Below are positions 41,830 to 57,504 of a stretch of DNA of 64,000 nt, in pieces. How positions within the stretch are numbered: position 1 is the stretch's first letter; the number at the start of each line of letters is the position of its first letter. The translations under genes and the position numbers were made by a program. The notes beneath the pieces are model-generated. The model did no database searches, was not told the DNA's origin, and worked only from the letters and a program-made list of their open reading frames with translations. This stretch comes from the human T2T-CHM13v2.0 reference genome, Homo sapiens, in the NCBI RefSeq assembly GCF_009914755.1, contig NC_060926.1; one strand, given 5' to 3'.

Positions 41830-42750
41830 CAGGCTAAAGATGTCAGGAAAGCTGCCTGAGGGAGAGTGGTCTTGGAAGGCCTGGGAGGAAATGCCATTAA
41901 AACTGAGGCTGCATGGATAAATATGAGTTGGGCAGGTGAAGAATGAGAGGAAAAGGTTCTAGGGAGGGAAAACAGCATATTCAATGGCCCCACAGTGAAA
42001 AGGAGCTCAATGTTTTTGAGTAAGTGGAAGGGGCCAGGGTGGTGTGGGGAGCAAGTGGTGTAAAAGAGGCTTTGTTGAGGAAAACAGGCGCCTTGCAGGT
42101 CACACAGGTCCTGGTGCCACACAGTAGGGATTTCTTTCACAGCTGAATCAGGAGCCATTGAAAAGCTTTAAGCAGGAGTGTTACATCAGTTTATTCTTTA
42201 AAAGACTGTTCTGTCAGTTAAATTGAGATGGTTGGAATGGAGATGAGAAAAAGCAAGGAGGCTATTTAGGAGGCTATAACAGTGGTCCAGGCACAAAATC
42301 ATCATTCTGTTCTAGGTAGAAATAGTAAAATGTGGACAAATTCAAGAAATATCTATGATGAGAATTGAAAGGCATCAGCAATGGGTCAGCTATTGCAGAG
42401 AAGGGAAGGAGGGAAAGGAGCAAGGATGACTTCCAAAAGGGTCAACAAAGGAGTGACAGTGAAATGGTGACAAATACTGAGAATTTTTAAAGAGGATTTT
42501 TTTTAAAAATTGGGAAAGTGTGCTATGACAAAGTCAAGGGAGGCTCATTTCAAGAAGGAAAATGTAGCTAAAAGCCTCACCATTGTAGAGATGGAGTGAG
42601 ATGAAAACTGTAGACTCCACTGAACACAGTTGTGAGGATGTCAGTCTACTGGGAGGTGGAAACATTTAGGTTTGGGGGAGGCAGCAGAGGGAGAAAGGTT
42701 AAGGGAGAACAGATGAGATTCTTCTTTGAACAGCTCATCATGAAGGAGAG
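41830..42750 (+). mobile_element. L2 fragments
   Basis: 'ggagccattgaaaagctttaagcaggag', 'ggaggctatttaggaggctataacagtggtccagg'; strand call uncertain. Confidence 0.6.
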
Positions 42751-43193
42751 CATGGTGGTTCAGCCTCTCTTCAATGACTTTCTCATGTCTACCAGCATTT
42801 TGTTTCACTGATTTTCTCTATTGCTTATCTGTTTTTGGTTTCATTGGTTTCTGCTTTTATTTGCTTGCTTTGGGTTTACTTTGCTTTCCTACTGCACTTG
42901 ACAAGTCTTAAAAAAAAAAAAAAAAAAAGGACAATGCCAAAAATTGCATTGCAATCCACTGCTGGTGGGAAAGTAAAATGGCACAATTTGGAAAATTGAG
43001 TGTGGCAATGGGTGAAGGTACAAATGACGCAAAAATAGGAGAATGCTGGCAACTATTAAAATTGGTGTTGTGGTTTATTACACTAGTCTACTTACTTTGT
43101 ATATTCTTTAAATTTCCATAACAAAATATGAAAAAGTTAATAAAACTTTTTAAAGTTCTTAAACTTGAAACCCGCTTTCTTTGCCCAAAATTA

Positions 43194-43568
<375 letters not shown>

Positions 43569-45105
43569 TTAGTGTAGTGATTTAATGGGTTATCTCAGAT
43601 CTAATGAGTTGTCAGTGAGTGATCCTGAAAGTCCACATATGCATCTGTGATTTTTATACACAAATATGAATGCAATTTCCAATTTTCAGTTAATTTATTG
43701 TTCTCTACCCCAAAGCCAACTGCTAGTGCTTGTAAGAGAGGAGACTATATATTTAAGAGGTTTTGTTTTAAAAAAAATTCTAGTTTTTCACTAAAAAATA
43801 AACACATTTTTGATAAATCTGTGTGGCAAGTCAAATTCAATGGAGGCTGACAGCAATGCTGGAAACCACCAAATGCGCTAAAGAGCAACAAGGCAATCAG
43901 GGCCCTGTTTTAGAGAATGTTCTAATCACTGCCAAAGTTCCATACATTATATGAAATGTGCAAATCAGGGAATCTGCAAAGATTTAAGGAAGTATTTATT
44001 ATCAATAGCAAAGGTCTGCCATAGGTGATCAAATGTTAAATTGAATAAAAACGAAACACGAAAACCTTTGAAATAACATGTTTTTCTCCAAAAATGAGGA
44101 TAAAAATGACTATCCAAAAAATTATGAAGCTATATGATCTTTGAATCTGAACAGGAAATGACAAATACAATGCAGCTTTTAAATATAAACATGGAGAGTC
44201 TGAAATCAGGCTTTCCAAGTATATCCCTCACAACTTGGTTTACAATTTAATTTTTTTCAGAAATTTATTTCCTAGTGTTACAGGTGGATAGTTTTAAACT
44301 GAATTATATTCAAACGCTTAGGGTCTATTGATTACTAATAGTTTTCACTAATCAAAGCAAGAATTGTTTCTACTACTATTACTAAGGTTAGTATTAACCC
44401 AAAGCAAGCAACTGTCAGATATTTACTGGGAGCATTTGAATGAACTAAAAAGAATGAAAAGATCAAGGAGTCTACTCCTGAAAATCAGTTTCAGGTGTAT
44501 TTAACACACAGATACATTTCCATAAATCTAAAGGCCCCATCGCTTGCCTCATGTAAGTCAGAATCACTTCTACACTGTTAACGAGTAACTACAATTTCCT
44601 TGCAATCACAAATCCTGCTGATAGAAAGCCACCACTGTGACATCACATAGCTGTGCGGTCCCAGGTTTTCAAAACTGAGTTGGTACAACAAGCTCACTCA
44701 GCAAGCACACGTCAACTTCTACATGTACATGTGGTGCCAGTACAAAAACAGGATGGCTGCTGGCCTCAGGAAGGCAACAGGCCACACCCCTAGGAAACAG
44801 GAGACAGAGGCACTGGAAAGGAAATGTGATCTGATGCTAGGGAAGAGAGAACAAGGTCCTGAGCACCAAGTGGTATTTAAAATGCTATAAATATTATCTG
44901 CCTGGGTCAGATGTATTTTACTAAAGAAGCTAAAGTAGATAATCAAAGTCTAATTCATCTAGCTGGAAACGTTATATCTATAGCCATTCTTGCTTATACT
45001 CAGATTTATCTTGCTTACCAATGAAAAAACAAAGTTACAACAGAAAAGCCTGAACCGAATGTATCTCAAAAGCACAAGAGCGCTATGCTACAATGCTACT
45101 ATTAC

Positions 45106-45304
45106 CTTGTAGCCACTGGTCCAGGGTATTATCAATGGTGCACTTCACAACAGGGAGGAATTCCGAGTTCATAAAGAGCCCCCGCTTAGGGTGGTTCTGC
45201 AGCCGCTCCTGATGGCTTCGGGAGCTGAAAAACTCTAACACCAACTTTATCTGCCAAAGTTCAGAAGTCTCAGACATTTCTCTTCTCCCAAGTCTTCTTA
45301 TAGC
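45106..45304 (-). CDS. ANAPC1: ANAPC1 exon: AIRRLGRREMSETSELWQIK...DNTLDQWLQ
   Basis: ttcaag|GCT...CAAG|gtaata; 199 nt, phase 0-1. Confidence 0.95.
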
Positions 45305-46921
45305 CTTGAAGAGGAAAGAGGACAACAATCTATTTAATCAAAGAGTGCTCTGTCTCTTCATCAGAGTTGTAGACTGAGTATTTTTTAAATGTGGCTCCGA
45401 ATTATAAAGGGTCGGGGGGTGGTCCATTCTGTGTTTTGATGCAGTCTGCCCACAGAGGAGCCGTCACTGGGTACAGGTGCATGGCTCACCTCCTTCAATA
45501 TGGCCCTACATGAGCAGCTTGCAGGGAAAAGTAACAAAGGTGAATGAGCTCATTCTTGGCTCAACAGCTCCGAATAACCAAGACCCAAAAGGTCATAGCC
45601 AGTCACCTCTGGGAAACTCGAGCTGGGTACAATGACATGGCAGAGATCCCAGGGGGTAGAGGGCAAGAAGAACACTACTAATAATACTGCCCTTGAGATC
45701 CATCTGCAAGTCACTACAGCTGCAACCAGAGAAGATATTCATGCATAAAGACCTGCCACCCATGACTGTAAAGGTGTGAGGGTTCAGAGAGTAAAAAGAC
45801 ACATTCTCAGCCAGCAACATTCTCATCCAGCAAATAACACAACTTGTTATTTGGCTGCTATACAAAGAGGCACTGTGAGAAGCAGTGCCAGCGTGGATAC
45901 CATATATCCATACTTTCCAACCAAAAAAGGGTGGATTCCAGACAATAATGGCATTCTGGGCCTACTTAGTTATATTGGAACTTGGTTTTTAATGATGTTA
46001 CTTAACACTGTGTGTTTTCTGGTTTGGGGGAATTATCCTCTGACTAAATATATTTTTCCATTCAGCTTTTTAGCAAATTATTTTTATCATTAAAGGTTAT
46101 TTCTCTTAGACACTGAGTCTCAGATGCTCAGCTGTGAACTTACTATATTCACTTAAAGAGCTGTTTAAAACTAGATTCTGGATCTCACCCCAGAAATTCT
46201 GATTCAATAGATGAGGCATGGAATTAAAGGATCTGTATTTTTAAGATACCAAGGCAAATTTCTGCCAGGTTAGAAAACTACTGGCTTGGCTTAACTCCAA
46301 ATCTGGGTCTGAAAGATATGATAATACTGAAAAGGTGTATGTATTACTAATTTGCCTAAAGTGAATAAATTGGTCTGATCCTTTAAGAACATTATTAAGC
46401 ATTATTTTCTGCATTACCCCTTTAGGCTCTTTTAAAATAGCAATAACAAGAGAAATTTAAAAATGAACTCCAATGCCTAGATAACTGCATATGGACTCTG
46501 TAACCTCTTGCAAGCTTTATCACATAGGTCTAATTTCACAGTACTGCCATCGCTAGGGCTCTGTTCACTAACGGCTCACATGCAGACTTCTACAAAGAGG
46601 CATTGCCAGGAGGGAGGCAAAAATAAGATGGGAGAGAGGAAGGGAGTGCTCCCCTCCTCTCCTAGTCAGGGGAGACAAAAGGGAGGAATGGGAACCCTTA
46701 AAGGAAGACAGCCCCCCAAGGGGCACTCCTGTCAACATAAAGCCCAAGCTTTTTGGATTTTTGAGAGCTTTCAAATTTTATATGGTTTCCTTTCTTAAAT
46801 TTCCAAAAGCAAATGGGAAACTAAAAGGAAGGACACTAGGAACCTTACCACACTATTCAGTGAGTTACTTGAACTACAGGACAAATTTCACCAGAATTGG
46901 TATAGGTTTTTGGATCCATAC

Positions 46922-47017
46922 CTGATCCATTGCTATGTATGCAGGCAACATCTCTGGGGTCTCCTGGGTAACACATTCATAGAGTACTGAAGAAAAGAGA
47001 TCCAGAATTTCCTGTTT
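46922..47017 (-). CDS. ANAPC1: ANAPC1 exon: KQEILDLFSSVLYECVTQETPEMLPAYIAMDQ
   Basis: ctgcag|AAA...CAG|gtatgg; 96 nt. Confidence 0.95.
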
Positions 47018-47439
47018 CTGCAGAAAATCAGAAGTTTTGTAGCACAAAGTATATTCCAAAATCAATTCAAAAACGAATTGTATAGCACTACTATGGCCCA
47101 TTCTTAAGTTTTATAATGAATGACATAAAAGTAACACTACAATCTTTTAAAAAAGCCACAGCACATGTAACATTAAACATTAATAAAAAAAAAAAAATTA
47201 AGTCCCAAGAGACAGTTAAGGATAGTAAGTGCTACAGAAGAGAGGAATGGACCAAACTAGGACAAAATGAGTAGATAGGACATCACAGAGCTATGCCTTG
47301 GGTTGGGCTGGGAAGAGTAGGATCCAGAAAGGAAACAGAGTAACAAAGCTGCAAGAAAAAAAACACTGTCCAGAACAAGTTTAGGGGAGGCGGCAGAGTC
47401 AAGTCCAGCTGGGGTTAAGGGTGGGCATGGGCTTTATTA

Positions 47440-47750
47440 GAGACCCGTGACCTGGAGTGCACAGCCCAGCTCTTACTAGCTGTGAGATCTTGGGCATGTG
47501 ACATCTCTCAGTGGCAGTTTCCTCATCTGTAAGCCCAGAATGATAAAATACCTATTCTCAGGGTCATAATTAAATGACATTTAAGTATTAGCAGAGTGTC
47601 CCATGTATAGTAAAGATTCAATAAAAAAGAGAGGGGAAGGTTATTTCACTTAATCCTCAAAACAATACTGTAAGGTAGGTTCTATTATAATCACTTTTAG
47701 AAATGAGGAAACTACATTTTGGAGAGGTTGAGAAATTTTCTGAAGGCCAT
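47440..47750. mobile_element. Two MIR fragments in opposite orientation
   Basis: 'ctagctgtgagatcttgggc...cagtttcctcatctgtaa' and 'ttttagaaatgaggaaact'. Confidence 0.6.
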
Positions 47751-47788
47751 ATATGCATCCAATCTTTCCTTGTCTCTATGGTGGATTA

Positions 47789-48120
<332 letters not shown>

Positions 48121-48545
48121 AAATCTGCTAAGCACCCTTGGAATCTTGAAGGTAACAGGTGTATGAACAATAAAAAGCAGGGTTATAATATACAGAGGAA
48201 ACAGTTAATGAAATTACATAAAAATAAGAGAAAGGTGGTAAACACTGAAAACATAAAGCAGAATATGGATGGGTATCATTCTTGTAGATGACAGAAACTA
48301 TCATCTGTCAAAACTGATGTCTTATAAATTTTAAGTTGTTTCTTCTATCAAGGTAGAAAGTTGCTGAATTTAATAGTTTTAGGCTATGCAAATCTATACG
48401 TGCCAAGCAAAAGTCATCCAATGTGACTGACGCATGTCATCAATCTCAAAGATAGATATAGATAGTAGAGATGTTTTGGGTGACCCATGCATAGAAATAA
48501 TAACAAATTCTAGTCCTGGGGCTCGGCAAACCATAGAATATATAC

Positions 48546-48632
48546 CTGACCCATGTTCACAGTTGGCTTGCAGAAATATTCAGCAAATGACAGAAGTGCT
48601 GGATCAGAAGTGAATGCTGAGATTGTTTCTGG
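48546..48632 (-). CDS. ANAPC1: ANAPC1 exon: PETISAFTSDPALLSFAEYFCKPTVNMGQ
   Basis: ttttag|CCA...CAG|gtatat; 87 nt. Confidence 0.95.
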
Positions 48633-48974
48633 CTAAAAAAACAAACAACCACAACAGTATAAGACAACAAAAGATTATTTTCCTTACGCTTAAACTGTAA
48701 TACACACAGTTCTAACAACTCTACCTCCCCTTTGTCACCCAACATTCCCAAAAAATCCCAGATGATGCAAACTTGCCTCATCAACCTGTTCTGCTAAGAA
48801 GTTACAAGAAGCTTTTGCACAAGTTAACATGAGCTACTAATTTATCAAAAGGCCAATAACAAACAGGTCTTCCTGTTTACACAACTCATCCAAAAAAGGC
48901 TTTTCCCTCCTTCACTAACTAATTAAAAAGCCTACCAGAAACTAGAATTGTTACTGAAAAGGTAAGGAAAAAAG

Positions 48975-49420
48975 AATATCACTCAAGCCAGCCACAAAAA
49001 GATAAACAGTGTATGAAACCACATAAATGAGGTACTTAGTATAATCAAAATCACAGAGACATAAAATAGAACGGTGGTTGCCAGGGACTAGGGGAAGTAG
49101 AATGAGGGGTTATTGTTGCAGGTATAGATCTCAGGTCTGCAAGATGCAACAGTTCTAGAGATGGATGGTGGTGATGGTTGTGCGTTATTGTTGCAGGTAT
49201 AGATCTCAGGTCTGCAAGATGAAACAGTTCTAGAGATGGATGGTGGTGATGGTTGTGCGTTATTGTTGCAGGTATAGATCTCAGGTCTGCAAGATGCAAC
49301 AGTTCTAGAGATGGATGGTGGTGATGGTTGTGCAACAATGTGAATGCACTTAGTATTACTGAGCTGTAACTTGCAATGGTTAAGACAATAAATTGTGTGC
49401 ATTTTACCACAACTTTTTAA
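48975..49420 (+). mobile_element. L1MB-like 3' UTR fragment
   Basis: 'tagaacggtggttgccaggg', 'gtgcaacaatgtgaatgcactta', 'ttttaccacaac'. Confidence 0.8.
49109..49333. repeat. Three tandem copies of a 75-bp unit
   Basis: Copies start at 49109, 49184 and 49259; one mismatch in total (gcaacag vs gaaacag). Confidence 0.97.
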
Positions 49421-50690
49421 ACTTGGGAAAAAAACAGTATCACTCAAGGTTCAAGATTGAAAATGAAATATGAAGGTATTACTATTTTCCACTGAGGTTT
49501 ATATTTTATTTCTGAACTCCAGTAGGCAGGAAATAGAAATAGCTTTTAATTTTTATATACTTTCTTCGTTCAAACTCAAGTCTAAACTTATCTATTTTCT
49601 TCACAAATTGGGTTAGAGTCTTTGGAATATGCTCTAATTTTTAGAAGAAGCAATACTACAAATTTAAGTTAAACTGTGTCCAAAAATCTTTCAAAAGTAT
49701 TTCATAAACAACTTACTGAATACTGCCAAACAAAATTCACCAATGTCAACCCTGGGAACTATTTATACATTTCAATCCTGGGAACCATTATAAAGGCTTG
49801 GTCATAAGTAACTGACTAAAATGAAATATGAGTTGAATTAAAATAAACTGCTGTCTCCGTACTTGGAAGAACAAAGGATGCTAACTCAGTCCTCTGGCTG
49901 CCACTCATCCAGTCCGCCTGCCCCACTTTTGCCGTCTAATTATTCCTTAGGGTCCTAACTACTTTAGACTACTCTACTTGGTATCACCAGCAGGGACACA
50001 GTTGCTCATGGAATTACAGGAAACTGAAGTTAAATTCAGAAGTCTTAATGCCTGATTATGGGACAAATTTCTTGTGTTGGAAACTTATCTGAGTCAAGAA
50101 TATAGAGCAAAATATGTGCTGACCCCGCTGTGGGAATGAGATTGCTTCCTACCCTCATTTATCGTAACTATTTCCTTATTTCAAACACTACTGCACTGGC
50201 AGTCGAGTACTGTGCAAATAATAAAGCAAACTAATAAAAGAAGTCTGAATCTGTCATCAGTTTATCCTCACCAAGATTAAGGAAACAAATGGTGGTTTTT
50301 AAATGGAGTTAATAATTGCTAGCTTGCAAAACTCGTTTTCTATTTTTGCTATGAAATTAAGTAAATCTTCACCGATTTGAAGATCAATAATAAAATCACT
50401 ATTTGTTACAGTGTCAAGATATGGTGTGACTGTCCTTGCTGCTAAATGTAAACATTAACTTACAGTATTTTACTTTATTATATATATATTACTTATTATA
50501 TACAGATTTTATATTCATTATATTTTATTATTTATTTTATCACATAAAAAGCAAACAGAGCCACAGTCAGTCTTTACAATCTGCAACAATGAAAAAGGAA
50601 GCAGATCCACCTTTGAAGTTTATAGCAATGGGCGAGGAAGCCGGCAATTTAGAATTATTTCTTTCCGTTTTTACCAATCAATAATACTAC

Positions 50691-50829
50691 CTTGAAAGCC
50701 CGGGCTTCAGAGTTCCTGTTAGCAACAGTCTGAGCCAACAAACTTTGCCATCCCATTGGATCTTCTTTGTAGGAGAGCTGACCCGCCCGGAGTTTAACAT
50801 ATAAAACCCCATCCTTGGAAAGGATGGAC
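50691..50829 (-). CDS. ANAPC1: ANAPC1 exon: SILSKDGVLYVKLRAGQLSYKEDPMGWQSLLAQTVANRNSEARAFK
   Basis: tttcag|G...AAG|gtagta; 139 nt, phase 2-0. Confidence 0.95.
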
Positions 50830-51553
50830 CTGAAAGAAAAGGAATGAATTTAATATAAGGTATTACTGGCAGTTCTTGGCTGGAAATAGTGTTTTCCCAA
50901 TACCATGTTCACAGGAGATGAAGCTTTTACCATTTTCCACTAAGGTAAATGATTATTTACTGTGTCTAAGATTAAATCAGTCCCTATGAGAAAGCCTAGA
51001 ATAAAGTTCTGTTTTTCTTTGGTGTCTAGATTCATGGAACTTGTTAAATGAGGAGGCACTTTGACTATTGGCTCAATTACGAGCTTCGAAGATAGCATTT
51101 TGTCTAACATTTCTTTGTATTCCCTATATCCCCTAGCTCTATGCCTAGGGTACATGAGGTACTAAATATCTATTAATTGGTTTGCAGCAAGAAGAAAATA
51201 ATGCTGCAAATCTAAGGACAGAACAATACAGAAAACAGCTAATATACAGTCTGGAAAAAATCACATTGGGACCAAACTATAAAAACTTTTACATGCTTGT
51301 TAAACTTCCTTGAAATTTAAAGGCTTAACTGACATGCTACTTTAGGTATAAATGTATCAACACTCTAAAATAACTGCACGTGATTATTTCCACCCAAAAT
51401 AAACTGGCTGAGTAGTATATATTATCTACAATAATCTTAAATTTAGGAGAACTTTCTAGCAAAAGAATGGTAAAGAGATGCAACAAAAGATGTGGTCTGA
51501 TAAACACTGATTAATAAAGTTCTTTTGTGCATGTACAAATCAGCTTTACTTTC

Positions 51554-51911
51554 TGACATGGTTAGGCTCTGTGTCCCCACCCAAATCTCATGTCAAACTG
51601 TAATCCCCACATGTCAGGAGAGGGACCTGGTTGGGGGTGACTGGATCATGGGGGCAGATTTCCCTCATGCTGTTCTCATGATAGTGAGTGAGTTCTCACG
51701 AGATCTGATGGTTTAAAAGTGTTGCACCTCTCTCTCTCTCTCTTGCTGCCATACAAGACATGCCTTGCTTCCCCTTTGCCTTCTGCCATGACTGTAAGTT
51801 TCCTGAGGCCTCCCCAGCCAGGCAGAACTGTGAGTCAATTAAATCCCTTTTCTTTAGAAATTACCCAGTCTCAGGTAGTTCTTTATAGCAGTGTGAAAAT
51901 GGACTAATACA
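51554..51911 (+). mobile_element. MSTA-like (MaLR) solo LTR
   Basis: TG...GGACTAATACA termini; perfect 5-bp TSD CTTTC at 51549 and 51912. Confidence 0.9.
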
Positions 51912-52218
51912 CTTTCTTAAACTAAATCTTATGTTAATATACCAAGAGATAAGTCCATTACTCTCACAAGGAAGTCAGTGCAAGTTTCTCAATAAATAAA
52001 TATTTAGGGTTGGAGTTTGAAATTAAAACTTTCATTTTCTAACACAAGTCCTGTTTCAAAGATACAGACTGTTTTACAGAAGACATACCCTACATATAGT
52101 CTTGAATGAGATTAAAGGGTGATGAGTCACATTCCAGATAATAATCTATAATTTATACCTTCTTATATACTTCTATTCACTTCCTAAAAGGTAAATTTGA
52201 GAAATTTAATGTACTTAC

Positions 52219-52286
52219 TTCAAGTGTTGTGTTCCTTTGCTTAAATCTATGAGCAGTTCCCAGTATCTTGGGCCTTTTACTTTAAT
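52219..52286 (-). CDS. ANAPC1: ANAPC1 exon: IKVKGPRYWELLIDLSKGTQHL(K)
   Basis: gacag|ATT...AA|gtaagt; 68 nt, phase 0-2. Confidence 0.95.
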
Positions 52287-52644
52287 CTGTCAAGATAAAC
52301 GTAAACATAGTCAACCCAAAGCTGAAAAATATGCTCATCTGACAAACTGAAACCTATGTTTCTCAGAGGAAACAATAACAGCCAGAAAGAGGCATCTGGA
52401 AGTTAACAAGCTCCATTTCCAGACAAAAAATGAATGTAAATCATGTTCTGAGGCCACCTAAGCTATCAATAAAGATCTCTAAGAAAAGACTTGCTCTATT
52501 CTTTCTGACTTTTCCTCCTGCTGCAGCTTTCTTATCTGCTACAATACATGAAGAAAGCTGAGGCTTTTATTTAGCTATCTTTAACGCTATGCCATTCTGT
52601 TGAATTGACCCCTTGGACCCAACTCCCGACCACACCCAGCTTAC

Positions 52645-52722
52645 CTGCTTTAAAAGATGGAGTTCTGGAAGAAGGGTAGGAGCCATCAATTCTTCTTTGG
52701 TTTGTTCATACCACTGAGTGCC
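52645..52722 (-). CDS. ANAPC1: ANAPC1 exon: GTQWYEQTKEELMAPTLLPELHLLKQ
   Basis: gtaaag|GGC...CAG|gtaagc; 78 nt. Confidence 0.95.
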
Positions 52723-53681
52723 CTTTACAAATGTAAAAGTCCAGCCACAATTCACTAGGTAGTCAGTGGAAACAACAAAGAAGAAACATCTCCACGCTAT
52801 ACCTCCCCCTATCCCCGCAGTTCATACAGAGACCTTTAAATGGTATAAAATCCTCTCTGGTACTCAAATCTTAAAGGACTGATGTCTAAATTCCTCACAG
52901 GGTATGTGTCCTTCCCATCACTTCAAGCCTTGCTCCTCACAGGCCAGCAGCACCAAAGGCCGTGCTCCAATGCTGCTGGGTTTCTGCACATTGCCTTCTC
53001 CGCTGGGAAGGAGCTCCACTCAGTGGGCCAGGCCTAGTCCAAACACTGTCCACTGTTGACAGCCTCAACCCCATAACTAACAGCTAAGCGAGGGTGCTTC
53101 TCTGCTTCCCCTGCATTCCACAGACATCTCCAATTATCACCCTCTATTCCCATTGTATCCATGCCTGGCTCCCCAGGGGATAGAAGTTCCTTAAGGAAAA
53201 TGACAATGTCATCTCATTTTGTACCCCAGAGCCTAGCACGGTTTTGAGTCACAGAAGGTACTTAATAATTTGCTGAATGAAAGGAGGATATAAAACTTGT
53301 AATCTATGCATCTAAATGAAAGCTGTCATCAAATACACAATTTTGGGTTTTCAAGTTTCAGCTAACAAATCTAAGAATGGGTCTAACTCAATCAGTTATA
53401 CAAAACACTACTGTCAGTCACATAAAGTTAACAGGGACATTTTCAAATTATAAGCTCTAAGGACAAAAGAGTAGCTGATGATCCCTAAAAAGTGATACCC
53501 AGATCATTTAAATGAGCATGAATGGCCTGGCAGGATATACAATAACTTTGGAAGCTTCCATTTTTATGAAAGTTCAATTCATTACTTATCACCTTTTACT
53601 GGACAACACATTTGAAATATTATGACCTGCAAAGACGGATGAGTGGTAATAAAATTACAAGTAAATGATAGGGAGAGATAC

Positions 53682-53799
53682 CTTGTAGGTAACTTCTAAG
53701 AGGGCATAGCAGGGCGTGTTTGTGTCCACATCCACAGGCACTAGAAGCCTGGGCTCCGCGGCCAGCACATAGAGGTGCCGGAGAGCCTGGAGATGATAC
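53682..53799 (-). CDS. ANAPC1: ANAPC1 exon: YHLQALRHLYVLAAEPRLLVPVDVDTNTPCYALLEVTYK
   Basis: gaacag|G...AAG|gtatct; 118 nt; conserved APC1 HLQAxRHLY motif. Confidence 0.95.
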
Positions 53800-54420
53800 C
53801 TGTTCACAAAAAAGACAGAGAGTGGGTAACAAACAACTGTGACAATATGAGCTCTGCAATCTGCCGTTGCCTATAAGCTAAGACAGGACAGAAGCTCAAG
53901 TAATATCTTCAAATGAACAGAAATCTTAAAGGCAGATAAGATTCTATTAAAAAGTAATGGAGAAATTATCTTTTAAAAATTTTATATAACTGACCTTTGA
54001 CCCAATAATTCTTTACTTTAGTCTTCACAGTGAAGAGGTTTTACAGGGAGGTAAAAAGTATCATAACATGAAAATATTTACTATCAAACTGACCACTTAT
54101 AAAATCAATCACTCTCAAAAATCCCTTTCTACTCAACATAGGCATCTGTTTTTATCTTCTCAGATTTTTTTTTTTCTTTTTCCTTAAGGATTGATAGGGA
54201 AGAAGGGGGAAGACAGGATGTCAATTCTTCTCAGACAGCAAAGTTCTTCTACACATACATACTTGCACATACATATACACACGTCCTTGAAACACAGTAC
54301 ATCAAACATCCATGTGGGTATGGCAATATTTTTCTTTGGGGTTCTCAAACAGTTTTTTAAACTTTAAGATTTCTATTTTAGAATGTAAAAACAAAAAAGT
54401 TTTCATATTTTAAGATCTCA

Positions 54421-55067
<647 letters not shown>

Positions 55068-55188
55068 TTATAGACAGTAACTTCCCTCTTCTTACTCAAA
55101 TACATTTATTTCTATAAATCTATTAAAAATAAAATCAATAAAGATCAGAAAAAATGACACTAATAAATTACATAAAGATTCTTGTCAC

Positions 55189-55487
<299 letters not shown>

Positions 55488-56556
55488 GATTCTTGTCACC
55501 AAATGGAAAATGGCTTCGTTTACAATAGCTAAGCCAAATAGCTATGACCAGCAGTATGTGAGTGTGGCTCTCCACTGTACCCTAGCCAATAATTGGCTTT
55601 AACAACTCAAAAAATCTTTCCTAAATGACAGGCATGAGGCCACATGTCAGAAGTGTATTAACTTAACAATATTCTTGTGCTGCACCTACCATCAGAGTGT
55701 GGTCTTCAGATTAGGCTACTTTTGTAAAACAGCTATCTTTCTTCTGTCGTTGGTTATACATTGTAGTGTAGTTTAAAATGATGGCTTAGGTTACTGTGAT
55801 AAGTGCTCCTGACCCTTCTCCCATAAACAATAAAGGGCTCTTGACCTGTCTCTGGGGAGACAACATGGGATGCCTTAAGTTGAGCACAGGGCTCAGGTGT
55901 CTTATAGGGGCTATTTTATTCTCTGCCCCCATATGCAAGAGATCTGCTATGTCTCAAACTATATCTAGGGAAACTTAAGTGTTGGTGGTTCCTCGTACCC
56001 TAAAACACAGAGCTTTTAACTGCTTCTACATGGTTTGAAGTTCTACCACTCACTGCCACTTCTAAATTGTCTCTGGTTTTTTGCTGTATTTTGCTTTTCT
56101 TGTCCCGTCTATGTCATTTATACACAATTTCTCGGCATCTATGTGAAAGGAAAAAAAGAAACTCATACAGACATTGCCACTAAATCAGACAAACTTTTCT
56201 CTTGGAATTAAATAATTAGAGCACAAAAAAAGTATCCTGAACTTCCCTTGGCAACTATCCTTTACCTGATGATTTTTTCCCTAAAGACAACTTTACTTGA
56301 TCTCCTTTTGGGTTTAGAGCAGTTCTATAGATCTGAGAATGGTGGAAGACTGGTCAGTCATCAGGTGTCCAAAGTTATCCTCTGGTCTAATACTTTGTGA
56401 GATAATTTTCTTAAAAGATTTAGCCAGGAATATAACTAAGTTGGAGAACAAAACAATGCTAATTTGGAAATAATTCCATGAAACCAAAATACAACCAAAT
56501 GATCCCCTTAGAGAACTTAATAAGTATCACATTGAAGACAGAATCACTAGACTCAC

Positions 56557-56643
56557 CGGTTGTCAGTGCTGTGAGCTGGGAAGTGCGGATAAAGGGCACA
56601 GAGAAGAGCGGCAATGGAAGAATTTGATGTGCTCAAAGAGTAC
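56557..56643 (-). CDS. ANAPC1: ANAPC1 exon: YSLSTSNSSIAALLCALYPHFPAHSTDN(R)
   Basis: ttgcag|G...CG|gtgagt; 87 nt, phase 2-2. Confidence 0.95.
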
Positions 56644-57179
56644 CTGCAAAGTAAGTTCGGTGGGGACAGATGTTATTGATTATATTGCACATACTTTCAA
56701 GGCATTCTTGAGAATCAGGAAACTGGTGTATAATAGTAAGGCATACTGATAAGATGCCCTCATAATACAAGAGTGTCAGTGGTGTGAACATTCCACTTTT
56801 CATTTAGTCCTTGGGCCATTTCAAGATCATCACTATTTAAAGCCAAAGTAATATCCCATAAATGTTAAATTTCAACCCTTGAAGCAAGGTTTTAACATAA
56901 AATAGCAGAGTAGTGAAGACCATGAATGCAGTCCTAGAAATTATAAATATTGAAGAGTCATGTACCAAGTATGCCACCTTCTTATCCAATTTTATTAATG
57001 TATATGCCTATGTATATGCCTATGTATATAAATATACAATTATAAATCTGAGTTTTAAAAATACAGAATGTTGTAATTGGTATTTAAACAGTTTTTTCTG
57101 TTTCTGTGAAGCATGATGATTCCTTTAGAATGACTGACTAAATGAAAAGGCAAAAGTTATCATTAAAAAGTTACAACGA

Positions 57180-57504
<325 letters not shown>

